Below, one piece after another: positions 18,053 to 27,507 of a stretch of DNA of 64,000 nt. The position numbers and the translations under genes are program-made. How positions within the stretch are numbered: the stretch's first letter is position 1; every line of letters begins with the position of its first letter. The notes below the pieces were generated by a model. It ran no database searches. It worked only from the letters and a program-made list of their open reading frames with translations, and had not been told where the DNA came from. The stretch is from a virus, in IMG/VR virus record IMGVR_UViG_3300033752_000289. One strand, 5' to 3'.

Positions 18053-20178
18053 CAGGCCACCACCTCCGCAGCCTGGTCAGCCTCCTCGGCCGCAGGCACC
18101 ACCCAACGTCGCACGAGTTCTTGAGCCATCGCCCGGAAGGCCTTCGATGCCTTCTCCTTCGGGGCATAGACAGTGATTGGCAAGTGGGCGGTGGTGGCCT
18201 CCCGCATCTTCACGGTGTCGGGCACCGAGCCGATCACCGCGCCCGGGTACGCATCACGGAATCCCTCGATGAGCTGGGTGTCGAAGATCGAGTTCGGCTT
18301 GGTGCGCCCGACCACGATGGCCGCGATCCGCAGGTCTGGCCGGTCCATCAGGCGCTGTACCCGATCGAGTACGTCGAGCAGTTCCTGCATACCCACCGTG
18401 TCGAGGTCGGACGCCTGCAACGGGATGATGATCTCGTCCGCGGCCGCAATTGCACCGACTGCGATCACGTCCAAGGTGTGGGGGGCATCGATGATGTCGA
18501 TGTTGACCTCGGCATCGGAGCCAGCCAGGGCGCGGCGCAGTACCTGATCCGCTCCGGCGAGCCGATCTTGCTCGACCACGCGCATGCTGGTCCAGCTCGG
18601 CACGATGAGGAGATTCTCGACCGTGGTCAGCGAGGTCACGTGGTCGATCGTCAGGTTGCCGGTTCCATAGAGCAGCGTCTTGTAGACCTCGAGTAGGCCG
18701 GTCTCTACTTCCTGCTGGGGCGGTAGCCAGTGCGTCACCGACCCTGCCTGCGGGTCAGCGTCGATGACCCGCACAGTGAGGCCCATCTCGGCAAACGCGG
18801 CGCCGAGGTTGACCGCGGTGGTGGTGTTGTGGACGATCACGTCGTTGGCAACGAAGCAGTGGGTCTCGTCGACCGTGAGGTCGTAGACCTGCTGCTCGCC
18901 AGCTGGCTCGACAGACACGATCCGATCCCAGTAGACGTCGGTGTCTGTCCGGTACAGCCAGGAGAGCTCGTCCTCGACGCCGAACACCTCGGCGAATGCC
19001 CGGAGCGGGCCGCGGCAAATCTGCCCGCTGCCGCCATTGACCAAGAAACTGAACTGGAAGTGACCCCGGTTGTAGCCAAGTCGCTCCCCGACCATCCTCA
19101 TGGTCGGGGCGCCTGCCTTGCCACGCGCAGTCGGTGCGAGCTCGCGGAGTCTTTGCCGCAGCGGCTCGGTCATCGTCGGGAACCCGAGATTGGACGTGCC
19201 GGGCTGCTCCGCCATCGAGATGAGTCGCTCCTTCTTCTCCCCCCAGAGTGGGATGTGCGTGAGGAAAGCCGGCCACGAGACCTTGGGGACCGAGAGTCGC
19301 CACGCCTCGAACGCCTTGCCGTTTAGTTTGGCGTCAGCCCGCCGGACGGTCGACTGGACGCCGAACCGTAGCAGCAGGTGCTGGAGCGCCCGGACCAGCG
19401 ACTCGGAGGCGAGTACGACACGGGGCCCATCCTTCGGCATCGAGCCATCGCACATCCAAAAGATGCCCAGGAAGTCAGCCAGCTGGTCTTCCGGCAGGCG
19501 GTAGACCGCCGTGGGCATCGTCTTGTGCTTGGCGAGTTTGGCGATGCCGTGCTCGCGGGCGAACGCCATAGGACCGGCCAGTCGCGGCCCGTTGATCCGG
19601 TAGTCATACCGGCCGATGTGTGTCACCGTCCACCCCAGTGCCTGAGCCGCGTCCGTGGCCCGTCGCAGCATCTCCGGGTCAGCGGTGCTGAATCTGGCCT
19701 GACGCTGGGACAGGCCGCCCTCTGCGAGCAGCAACGCCAGCATGGTGACCTCGGCGTCCTTGAGCCGTACCGGGTCGGACGGATGGGGCAGGCGCCGCGG
19801 CAGCGCGGCCGTGTGGCCGATCGTGAGCTCGTCGGCGCGCCTCCAGCCGTCGGGCAGCAGGAATGGATGGTTGGGGGTGCAGGTCACCGACCGTCCCGAA
19901 GCGAACGTGACCTTGAGGGTCGGCCGGACGCCGTTGTCGACCTTCGCCGCGATCGGGGCAGGGACGATCGTGGTCCGGTCTCGCAGGGTCACGACCTGAT
20001 CGTGCTGCGGGTCGGTCATCACCTCGTGCAGCGTGCGGGGCACCCCGGTCACCGGGTCGGGGATCAGCGTGTCGCCGGCCAGGCACTTGGTGGTGCCGCC
20101 CTTGTGGTTGATCACCGTGAGCACCACCCGCTTGCTCAGCTTGGGTGGTGGCGGTGGGGTCTTCTGCTTCGGAGGCAT
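18052..20178 (-). CDS. parA: ParA/Soj-type partition ATPase interrupted by a 420-aa intein (exteins 31 + 257 aa)
   Basis: INHKGGTTK | CLAGDTL...VIVHN | TTTAVNLGAAF. The joined exteins give the deviant Walker A KGGTTKTTT. IDADPQ follows downstream. Confidence 0.9.
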   Translation of the reverse strand: MPPKQKTPPPPPKLSKRVVLTVINHKGGTTKCLAGDTLIPDPVTGVPRTLHEVMTDPQHDQVVTLRDRTTIVPAPIAAKVDNGVRPTLKVTFASGRSVTCTPNHPFLLPDGWRRADELTIGHTAALPRRLPHPSDPVRLKDAEVTMLALLLAEGGLSQRQARFSTADPEMLRRATDAAQALGWTVTHIGRYDYRINGPRLAGPMAFAREHGIAKLAKHKTMPTAVYRLPEDQLADFLGIFWMCDGSMPKDGPRVVLASESLVRALQHLLLRFGVQSTVRRADAKLNGKAFEAWRLSVPKVSWPAFLTHIPLWGEKKERLISMAEQPGTSNLGFPTMTEPLRQRLRELAPTARGKAGAPTMRMVGERLGYNRGHFQFSFLVNGGSGQICRGPLRAFAEVFGVEDELSWLYRTDTDVYWDRIVSVEPAGEQQVYDLTVDETHCFVANDVIVHNTTTAVNLGAAFAEMGLTVRVIDADPQAGSVTHWLPPQQEVETGLLEVYKTLLYGTGNLTIDHVTSLTTVENLLIVPSWTSMRVVEQDRLAGADQVLRRALAGSDAEVNIDIIDAPHTLDVIAVGAIAAADEIIIPLQASDLDTVGMQELLDVLDRVQRLMDRPDLRIAAIVVGRTKPNSIFDTQLIEGFRDAYPGAVIGSVPDTVKMREATTAHLPITVYAPKEKASKAFRAMAQELVRRWVVPAAEEADQAAEVVA
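18826..20085 (-). mobile_element. intein in the ParA P-loop with a LAGLIDADG-type homing-endonuclease domain
   Basis: Starts with Cys (CLAGDT) and ends HN, followed by a +1 Thr. LALLLAEGG and FWMCDGS blocks. Coordinates come from counting residues 32-451. Confidence 0.85.
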
Positions 20179-20505
20179 GTCGGTCCTCTCGATGGATGGG
20201 ATAGAGGGCTGCCGCGCAGTGTGACCGCGCGCGCACGCGCGATCAAGGAGGCGCGCGGACTACCGCGCACCCGATTTGGCCGGACCCCTCCCAATTCGGC
20301 CAGCCAGACCACCACCCGGCCCGTACGCCGGCCCGCCACGCCGCTACCCCGCCACCCAGGCAGCCGTCGACCCGGCCTGACGGCGTGCCGCCAGACCAGC
20401 CAGCCACACGGCTGGCACCCTGGACGGAGAGCGTGCCGGCAAGCCCCCCGCTGTGCACGCCGTCCAGCCCGCCGGGAAGCAAGCCTCACAGCCAGGCGGG
20501 CATCA

Positions 20506-20617
20506 GGCCAGCCGGGCGGATTGCGGAGCGGCGATCCTGGCGACTATCACTCCTCCACGCACGCCCGGCTGGCCGCCATCTCGTCGCCCGGCTGGCCGTC
20601 GTCCCAGCCGGGCGGCC
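20506..20617. repeat. four copies of CGCCCGGCTGGCC (two in each orientation), candidate parS or operator
   Basis: Copies at 20506-20519 (reverse complement), 20562-20575, 20585-20597 and 20604-20617 (reverse complement). They lie in the 505-bp gap upstream of parA. Confidence 0.4.
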
Positions 20618-20630
20618 TTCATGACGGCCA

Positions 20631-20644
20631 TCATGACGTCATGA
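20631..20644. promoter_or_regulatory. perfect 14-bp palindrome TCATGACGTCATGA (site 1) with an extra half-site at 20619-20626
   Basis: Read directly. Lies in the gap between the parA start and the stop of the HTH gene. Confidence 0.7.
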
Positions 20645-20683
20645 AGGCATGACCCCCTGACGGCCGGGAGGCGGGACGGCAGG

Positions 20684-21448
20684 TCAGCCAGCGGGGCTGA
20701 CTGCCGGGGTGGTAGTGGGCCGTCGGGCTGGCAGGACCGCACGCAGCTTGGCCACCGCGTCGACCACCTGGCTGGGCAGCTGTCCGGGCGGCAGGGACTC
20801 GAGCTTGTCGCACAGCAGGCGACCCTGCGAGATCGCTGCCGGCCGGACCGTCCTGGCGCCATGCAGGATGTACGCGAGGTGGTCGACGTCCTCCACGATG
20901 TCGTCCGAGAGAGCCCCGCGGTACTCGCCCATGGTGCGCAAAAACAGCGCCAGAGGCGTCCTGAGCGCCTCACGGGCCCTTTCCTCGGCCTCTCTCTCGC
21001 GTGCGGCCCGTTTCGCGGCCTCACGGGCCTCCTGGCGGCGTTTCCGGGCCTCCTTGTCGTCCTTCGAGCCCCCCTCGGGGTCAACGAGGTTCTCGAGTCG
21101 GCGCACGGTCATCTCGACCGCCTGCCGGGTGGTCACCCCGAGTGCCGGCGCGATGCGGGAGTAGGGGATCTCGTGGGCACGCACAGAGCGCAGAACCCTG
21201 AGCATCAGCTCGTCGAGCTCCCGCTTGACGTGCCGCAAGATGAGGAGCGCGTCGGATAGGTCCTCCGCCAGGACCTCGGCCGGGACCTGCTGGTAGCGAC
21301 AGACGTATTCGACCAGGGCGACCGCGTTGTCCGGGAGTTTGCTGAGGTCGGGGTCGCGACAGTCGTACCTGCGCTGGCCGATCCGATCGGCTGCCTTCTC
21401 GGCGACGTCGCGCGGGACCTTGGGGCGGCGGACGTTTCCCTTCGGCAT
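20684..21448 (-). CDS. HTH-containing regulator-like protein (254 aa)
   Basis: IPYSRIAPALGVTTRQAVEMTVRRL followed by a charged coiled coil. Flanked by TCATGACGTCATGA palindromes. Confidence 0.6.
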   Translation of the reverse strand: MPKGNVRRPKVPRDVAEKAADRIGQRRYDCRDPDLSKLPDNAVALVEYVCRYQQVPAEVLAEDLSDALLILRHVKRELDELMLRVLRSVRAHEIPYSRIAPALGVTTRQAVEMTVRRLENLVDPEGGSKDDKEARKRRQEAREAAKRAAREREAEERAREALRTPLALFLRTMGEYRGALSDDIVEDVDHLAYILHGARTVRPAAISQGRLLCDKLESLPPGQLPSQVVDAVAKLRAVLPARRPTTTPAVSPAG

Positions 21449-21534
21449 GGCGTCAATGATTTCATGGACGCCTGCGAGCTAGGATTAGGCGCGCGGTGGT
21501 CATCGATCGAGCTGTCCGTCATGACGGCAAGCAA

Positions 21535-21548
21535 TCATGACGTCATGA
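21535..21548. promoter_or_regulatory. TCATGACGTCATGA (site 2) with a half-site at 21519-21526
   Basis: 87 nt upstream of the start of the HTH gene 20684..21448. Confidence 0.7.
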
Positions 21549-21765
21549 GCCCCCTGACCTGCGAAAACGCAACTCCGTCAGCGACGGTGGATCGAGGGAA
21601 GGAACTAGAAGTGGACGCCGATGCGGAGCGGTTCAAGCAATTGGTCCGCCGGCAGAGCGATGCGTTCCGGGGACGACGCGGTGGCGCCCGCCCTGTCGTC
21701 TCCGTTGGCGGCGTCGTGGATACCGGCCTGGGCGCGTGAAGACCAACCGTCATGACAGCTGGCCA

Positions 21766-21779
21766 TCATGACGTCATGA
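21766..21779. promoter_or_regulatory. TCATGACGTCATGA (site 3) with a half-site at 21749-21757
   Basis: Overlaps the last codons and the stop of the DUF3560 gene. Confidence 0.7.
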
Positions 21780-22474
21780 AGGCCGTGACCTGCGGGGCCA
21801 GCCCATCGGCCTCGGTCCGGAGCCGTTGCTCCCACTGCTGGTTGCCGGCGGACGTGGCCTTGAGCAGCGCACGGTCGACCTTCCGGGCCTCGGCCTCGAG
21901 CCGCGCGATCCGCCGCTCAATCACCCGCGGGTCGGTCCGATGCGCCTGATGGGCGGTCACCGCGGCCGCCCGGGCGGTCAGCTTCTCGGCCTCCGCGATG
22001 AGCTCCAGGCCCCGGTCGACCTTCGCGATCGCCCGGTCCCGGGCCCGCCGGAACCCTCCCGCCGAGTGGTGGTCGACCAGCACAGGCTGCCCCAGCGGGA
22101 TCTCGTCGAGCCGCTCCCGGCCCCGCTTGTACAGCGCCAGACCGTCCGCCGAACGTCTCTCCGCCCGGGCAGCGAGCCGGTCAGCACGGGCCGCGGCCCG
22201 GGCCGCCCGGTCCCGCTCGACCGCCTCGATGGGCCGCGGCGTGTTGTCGACGTGCACCTCGACGTCGTGTCCGGCGGCCCCGCAGAGCCGCCGCTAGGGA
22301 GTCAATCAGCGCCTGGTCGGCGTCGCGGTCGCGGCTGCCCCGCAGGTACCAGCCGACCTTGCTAGACCACCGGAACTGGTGCCGGTGGAGGATCGGCTGG
22401 GTGCCGTCGCCGCGGCTCGTACCGGTCACGAGGGTGCCGTCGGCGTGGCTGTGGCTGATGGTGATGGTGCTCAT
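21766..22474 (-). pseudogene. DUF3560-family gene split by a 1-nt frameshift at a G4 run
   Basis: N-terminal part MSTITISHSHADGTLVTGTSRGDG (ORF 22181..22489). C-terminal part in ORF 21766..22257. Removing one G at 22278-22281 gives LRAAGHDVEVHVDNT. Confidence 0.7.
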
Positions 22475-22494
22475 CCGGGCGCCTCCCAAAACCG

Positions 22495-22513
22495 TGCGGG
22501 TCGCTCACCCGCA
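22495..22513 (-). promoter_or_regulatory. PH element copy
   Basis: The reverse complement is tgcgggtgagcgacccgca. TAGACT lies 7 nt upstream on the minus strand. ATG at 22474. Confidence 0.7.
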
Positions 22514-22718
22514 CACACCTAGTCTAGTCGTGGGCATCGGTCCCGGCCCTCGCGTACGCGCGCGTGCGCGCGTCTGTGCGCGAGAGACGAGCCAGCCGGG
22601 GCCCAGGGGCGTGAACTTCACGCGAATATGAAAATCGGCTACCGCGTCTCCCTAAACGCGCTGGTGCCCCGCAGGACCGCGCCTACGGGGCACCAGAAAG
22701 TGCGCTCGAGACGCGCGC

Positions 22719-24098
22719 CTACGACGCTGAATCAGATCCGCGCACCGCGCCCTCCAGCGCGGGCAGCGCGGTCGTCAACGACGCGGTGGTCGCCCTGAGG
22801 CGCGCGACTTCCTCGGCAATCTGGGGCGGCAGCTCCGCGCGCGGCTGGCGCGCGCCCTCGACGACCTCACGCGCGTACCGCTCGCGGAACTTGGAGTTGC
22901 GCGCGTTGCGCGCCCCACCATCGGATCTGCCCAGCTCAGGCATCAATTCGGTCGCGCTGCGTTCCGTACCGGTCTCATCCAGCTGGCGCGCGTAGTCGCG
23001 GTACATCTTCTCGCGCGGCGGTGTCCACCAGGGGTCCGTAGGGCGCGCGCCGCGGGCGCGCTGACGCGACGCGCGTCCACGGTCCTGAGCGCGCGCCGCG
23101 CCCGCGTCGCCCTCGTCGAGGTCCGGCGCGGTGCGCGCGTCGACCGGCGCGGTCACCGCGCGCGCCCCTGCGGCTGAGGTCGCCGCGGCGACCGCGCGGG
23201 GGACCGCGCCGTTGACGGTGGGCGGAGGCGCGCTCTGCCGCGTCGGCAGCGGGACCGGTGCTTGCTCACCGCGCCGGCCGGTGCGACTGAGGATGGTCTC
23301 GGCCGCCAACTCGGTGGCCATGAGCGTCGAGTAGCTACCCCAGTTGATCTTCTCGGCCAGCTCGGCGGCGAACCGGTTCGGGTCGTAGATCTCGACAATC
23401 GCCTTTGCCACGCGCCGGTTGTGCGCCTGCTCCAGCCGCCACTGGACGAAGGCGTTCATCCGCTTCCGGAGCCGGACCTGCCGGATCGACTCGTGCAGGC
23501 CAAGGCCCTCCTCGATGGCGATAGCCCGGGCCTGTGCGGTCTCGATCGGGTGACGCAGCCAGCGCCACAGACCGTACGCCGGCCCGGTGTCTCGCATCTT
23601 GCCGGCGGCCCGGAGCTCGTCCCGCCGGCGGTGCTCCGACCGGATCAGCCAGATGATGTAGGCCAAGCCGCTCATGCCGGCGAAGAACGCTGCCTGCATG
23701 ATGTGATCTTGGTGCCCGAACCAGTTCAGCAACACGGCACCGATGGCCACCGCCGCAGACAGCAGCCGCTCGATGATGGCCTGCTCGCCCAGGCGGCGAC
23801 GCTCATCGGCGAGGGCGAGCAGGTACACGCCGCCGATCTCGACTCCGATGACCGCCACGACCGCGAACTGCAGCGGCCACTCCAACCAGTTGACGGCGGC
23901 CGTGGACGATCCCCAGGCGGCGATGCCCAACGCCCACAAATAGAACAGCGAGCCGATGACCGTGAGGTTCCCGTGCAAGGAGAACCGCTTCCTCGGCGGC
24001 CCGGCCTTGCTGGGCGGCGTTGTCGCTGGCGCCGGTCCGGCCGCTGCCGTCACCGCCTTCGGTGGAGGCGGCGGGGGAGGAACGGCGGTGTCGGTCAC
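22719..24098 (-). CDS. DUF2637-like membrane protein with a long Arg/Ala-rich tail
   Basis: Pro-rich N-terminus, then 4 TM helices (LFYLWALGIAAW.., FAVVAVIGVEIGGVYLLAL..). Sits next to the FtsK-like gene, as in actinomycete conjugative elements. Confidence 0.65.
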   Translation of the reverse strand: MTDTAVPPPPPPPKAVTAAAGPAPATTPPSKAGPPRKRFSLHGNLTVIGSLFYLWALGIAAWGSSTAAVNWLEWPLQFAVVAVIGVEIGGVYLLALADERRRLGEQAIIERLLSAAVAIGAVLLNWFGHQDHIMQAAFFAGMSGLAYIIWLIRSEHRRRDELRAAGKMRDTGPAYGLWRWLRHPIETAQARAIAIEEGLGLHESIRQVRLRKRMNAFVQWRLEQAHNRRVAKAIVEIYDPNRFAAELAEKINWGSYSTLMATELAAETILSRTGRRGEQAPVPLPTRQSAPPPTVNGAVPRAVAAATSAAGARAVTAPVDARTAPDLDEGDAGAARAQDRGRASRQRARGARPTDPWWTPPREKMYRDYARQLDETGTERSATELMPELGRSDGGARNARNSKFRERYAREVVEGARQPRAELPPQIAEEVARLRATTASLTTALPALEGAVRGSDSAS

Positions 24099-24499
24099 GC
24101 AGGTACCCCTTCCTTCTCTCTCTCCTTCTCGGCGGCGGTGATGTGGTGGCGCAGAGTCGACTCGTTGACCCCGAGCTCCCGAGCCACCGCCCGCCGGGAC
24201 ATGCCGTGCACTTCCTCCAGCGCTTTCACCACTGCGACGAGCTCTTCGCGGACTCGACGGCGCCGACGGTCGAGCTCCTCGAGCTCAACCACTCGGCACC
24301 AGGCCAGACGGACCAGCTCCTCAGCGGAGGCCCGACTGACCAACTCCTGGACGGTCACCCGGACGAAGCTAGGAACGAAACCGGCCAGGGCCGCGCAGCT
24401 GTCCGCGCATCGGTGTGTCGGGGGCCGGGGGCGACGGTGGCCGCCGCCCCCGGCCCGCACCTTCCTTGCCCCGGGTCGCTCACCCGGACTCCTTCCCAT
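24095..24499 (-). CDS. small HTH protein; true start probably downstream of 24499 (e.g. GTG near 24358)
   Basis: C-terminal HGMSRRAVARELGVNESTLRHH. The N-terminal 45 codons of the ORF run through two PH hairpins. Confidence 0.5.
   Translation of the reverse strand: MGRSPGERPGARKVRAGGGGHRRPRPPTHRCADSCAALAGFVPSFVRVTVQELVSRASAEELVRLAWCRVVELEELDRRRRRVREELVAVVKALEEVHGMSRRAVARELGVNESTLRHHITAAEKEREKEGVPA
24471..24487 (-). promoter_or_regulatory. PH element copy (tandem pair, proximal)
   Basis: The reverse complement is ccgggtgagcgacccgg, followed by AAGGAAGG. Confidence 0.6.
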
Positions 24500-24500
24500 C

Positions 24501-24517
24501 GCGGGTCGCTCACCCGC
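24501..24517 (-). promoter_or_regulatory. PH element copy (tandem pair, distal)
   Basis: The reverse complement is gcgggtgagcgacccgc, 13 nt upstream of the other copy. Confidence 0.6.
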
Positions 24518-24520
24518 GGC

Positions 24521-24718
24521 TCACACGACGAAAGCCAGCACCACACCGACGAGGCTCGCGACGACCAGCGCGAGGGAGGCCCATCCGAGCACGGCACCCA
24601 GGCGACGCCAGTCGGTACGGAGCCGAACCACCTGCCGCGGGACAAAGGGCTGCCGCGGCGGGGCCGGTGGGGTGATGACGCGGACCTCGACTCGAGGACG
24701 CTCACGAATGGCGGTCAC
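24521..24718 (-). CDS. small C-terminally membrane-anchored protein
   Basis: GTGA overlap with the FtsK-like stop. C-terminal LGAVLGWASLALVVASLVGVVLAFVV. Confidence 0.45.
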   Translation of the reverse strand: MTAIRERPRVEVRVITPPAPPRQPFVPRQVVRLRTDWRRLGAVLGWASLALVVASLVGVVLAFVV

Positions 24719-26619
24719 TCCGAGGCTCCCTTCTTGATCCGCCACATGCCGTGACGGGGCTTCAACACCTCGCCGGCGTTCAGGGCCCGGGTGAGCGCCT
24801 CTGACACCGTGGTCACGTTCAGCCCGAGCGCCTTGGCGATCGCGCCAGTGCCCATCGGCTTGTCCTGCTCCGCGAGGAGCGCGACGGCACGCTTCCGGGC
24901 GCTGCCACCCGGGTCATCGGCCGTCGCTGGCTCGGCATCGGCCGCGGGCGACGGAACGAGGTACGGGCCGAGACCCGTGGTGACTCCGGTCGAGGCGTAG
25001 TCGTAGGGGTCAGCCAGTAGGTACGCCCGGAACGGGCTGGTTCGCGGCTGGGGGCCGAGCAGGTAGCCGAGGCCGGCAGTGGTCTTGCCGCCCGGGAACT
25101 CCCGGGGGAGGTTCCGCGGGTCGACCGGCAGGTTGCCGTTGAAAGCCACCTGTCCGCTGAGCGCGTTGGCGGTACGGAACACGATGACGTTTCCGGCCGA
25201 CACCATGTCGCGCAGCGTGGTCGATCCGCCCAGCTGGTCCAACAGCGGCACCTGGACGACCAGCCGTAGCTTCAAGCCGCACTTGCGGCCCATCTTCGCG
25301 ATCTCTTCCACCGCGCCCTTGGCTACGGGGTCGGCCAGTACCACTGAGGCCTCGTCGATGGTGATGACGACGAGCGGCAACTCCGGGGTCGGGTCGAACG
25401 CCGACTTGCCCTTCCGCTGGTTGCCCCGCTCGTCCACCCACGGGGCGGTGGCGAGGTGCTCGTTCCTTGCGTACATCAGGTCCCGCATTTCGATCAGCAG
25501 CTGGCGGGCCTGGTCGACACTCTTAGCGAACCGTGCTGTCGCCGAGGTCTCCAGCCACACCGGCAGCGACTGGCCGCCCTGCGGGTCGATCACCACCGAT
25601 GCCATCAGCGGGCTGTGGCGCTCGTAGGTGAGCAGCACGTTCAGGATGCTCGACTTACCGGAGCCGGTGGTGCCGGCGATCAGGTCGTGCACCGGGCCCG
25701 ATCCCGGGGTCCAGAACCGGTACATCGCAGGGGCACCGTCCGGGTAAATCCCGATCGGCGCGATCCCGGTCTCCTCGTCGAGGAGATGCGGCCCGGGGAA
25801 CTCCCGGGTCTCGTGCAGCGGGTTGCGGGTGTAGAGCGTCACCACTGCCTTGTTCGCCGCACCGTCCGGCGCAGCCTCGATGGCGATGTCGCTGGGCGCG
25901 ACCCCGAACGCCGACGCGACGCGCTCGGTGGCCGCGATCGCGTTGGCGGTGGTGGCCCGTCCACGCGGTAGAAGGACGATCGCCCGCTGCCCAAGGGGAG
26001 GCCCTCCATCGGCAGACGGAACCTCCTCCAGGTCCGTAAGCACGGACCCCGGCAGAGGCCCGCCCTGCTCGGCAACGGCAGCGCGCCATGTTTCGACCAG
26101 CGGCGAGACCTCTTCCGGGGGGAGGACCGGAGCGGGCCGCCGCCGGTGATGCCACCACCAAGCGAACCCGCCGACCAGGAACAGGATGAACATCGAGGCG
26201 CGGACGGGCGGGATGAACCCGAACGCAGCGCATGCAATCAGCCAGGCGGACATGAGCGTCCACATCGTCCAGATCGCGACGAGCCGCCGCTGAGGCATCC
26301 GGCCGCGCCGACGGGTGCGGTAGTGCTGCCACACCAACAGCGCGATGCCGGAGAGCACGTCGACCGCGATGGCGGTACGGGGCCCGTCCGGGGCCGCATG
26401 CAGCGCCGCACCGACGATGCCGTAGACGATGAGGGTGTAGATCGGTGCGAGGTTGCGCCGACGGGTCCACAAGCTGCGCAGGGCCCGCTTCATCAGGGCG
26501 CGCGCCGCGGCGCGGAGCCGCACGCCGATGGGGACACGTCGGCCAAGATGGTCACGCTTCGGCGGTAGTAGTCCGGTGGGTGCCGCCGACGGAACGGGCG
26601 GCGGGGCCAGCTGTGTCAC
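24715..26619 (-). CDS. FtsK/SpoIIIE-family DNA translocase (TraB-like) with N-terminal TM helices and a C-terminal winged HTH
   Basis: Walker A GTTGSGKS and Walker B VVITIDEAS. C-terminal GTGAIAKALGLNVTTVSEALTRAL. Confidence 0.9.
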   Translation of the reverse strand: MTQLAPPPVPSAAPTGLLPPKRDHLGRRVPIGVRLRAAARALMKRALRSLWTRRRNLAPIYTLIVYGIVGAALHAAPDGPRTAIAVDVLSGIALLVWQHYRTRRRGRMPQRRLVAIWTMWTLMSAWLIACAAFGFIPPVRASMFILFLVGGFAWWWHHRRRPAPVLPPEEVSPLVETWRAAVAEQGGPLPGSVLTDLEEVPSADGGPPLGQRAIVLLPRGRATTANAIAATERVASAFGVAPSDIAIEAAPDGAANKAVVTLYTRNPLHETREFPGPHLLDEETGIAPIGIYPDGAPAMYRFWTPGSGPVHDLIAGTTGSGKSSILNVLLTYERHSPLMASVVIDPQGGQSLPVWLETSATARFAKSVDQARQLLIEMRDLMYARNEHLATAPWVDERGNQRKGKSAFDPTPELPLVVITIDEASVVLADPVAKGAVEEIAKMGRKCGLKLRLVVQVPLLDQLGGSTTLRDMVSAGNVIVFRTANALSGQVAFNGNLPVDPRNLPREFPGGKTTAGLGYLLGPQPRTSPFRAYLLADPYDYASTGVTTGLGPYLVPSPAADAEPATADDPGGSARKRAVALLAEQDKPMGTGAIAKALGLNVTTVSEALTRALNAGEVLKPRHGMWRIKKGASE

Positions 26620-26715
26620 TGTCGTCGTTCCTTACTCAGGCGGGATGCTGGATGGGGCCGGCCCGCGCACAGGGGTGGCGGGCGGGGGAGATGCGGGCCG
26701 GCCCCATGGGTGGGG

Positions 26716-27504
26716 TCAGGCGTTGACGTAGGCCTCCTTGCGGGCCATACCGCCGGCCGCGGCGGCCGCGTCCTGGATGCCGCGGTGCCGGTACAGCTCA
26801 TCGAGAACGGCGGTGGTCTCCGCGAGCCGCTGCTCGGCGGCCTCGAGCTTCTTCCGAGCCGCCTCCTCGTCGGCGCGGTTCGACTCGATCAGGGAGAGGG
26901 CCTTCGCCTTGAGGGTGTCCGGGAAGTCGAGCGCAGCGATGGTCTCGGCGTCGGCCGTGACGCGAGCCAGATCCTGCTGCGCCCGGGTGACGGCGGCCTG
27001 GGCCTCCTCGAACTCGGTCTGAGCGTCCGCACGGAGCTGCTCGTACTCACGGATCGCGGTCTCGAGGTTCTCGATCACGACGGGCTCAGATGCCATGGAT
27101 TCCTCCGATGGTTGAGTAGTGGTGGTTTTCTGCTGCTCGTCGACCGGGGTGGTCGGCGGCTGTTCAGCCGCTCTCTGCTGCGGCGGCTGAGGACTAGGAG
27201 GAGCGGACGGCCGCGTCTGCTGCTCGGGCTCGGGGTTCACTACCGGGCGGATGCGGCCGTACTCCCAGCCGATGCGCAAACCGGCACGGCCGGCCGCAGC
27301 CCACATGCCGAGGGCGAAGAACAGGCCGGACAGCCAGCTGGCGGTACGTCCGGGTTGGCCAGCGGCGCGGCGGGCCTTCTCCTGCTCGACGGCCGTCCGC
27401 CAGGCGTCCATGACCGCGCGGACGCGGGTGGTGGTGGCGTTGGTCAACGACCGGATGCCGGCCGCGGCGAAACCAAGCACCAGGAGTGTGAACAGGATCT
27501 CCAT
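26716..27504 (-). CDS. membrane-anchored coiled-coil protein
   Basis: N-terminal TM helices, a Pro/Gln linker and a long helical C-terminus. Confidence 0.55.
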   Translation of the reverse strand: MEILFTLLVLGFAAAGIRSLTNATTTRVRAVMDAWRTAVEQEKARRAAGQPGRTASWLSGLFFALGMWAAAGRAGLRIGWEYGRIRPVVNPEPEQQTRPSAPPSPQPPQQRAAEQPPTTPVDEQQKTTTTQPSEESMASEPVVIENLETAIREYEQLRADAQTEFEEAQAAVTRAQQDLARVTADAETIAALDFPDTLKAKALSLIESNRADEEAARKKLEAAEQRLAETTAVLDELYRHRGIQDAAAAAGGMARKEAYVNA

Positions 27505-27507
27505 GCG

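Noticed and set aside
21464-21739. 91-aa plus-strand ORF in the gap between palindrome sites 2 and 3 (possible Cro-like gene).
   Set aside because: Its third-position GC is clearly lower than in real genes here, it runs through palindrome site 2, and it has no convincing RBS. A shorter GTG-initiated 42-aa ORF after GGGAAGGAA cannot be excluded.
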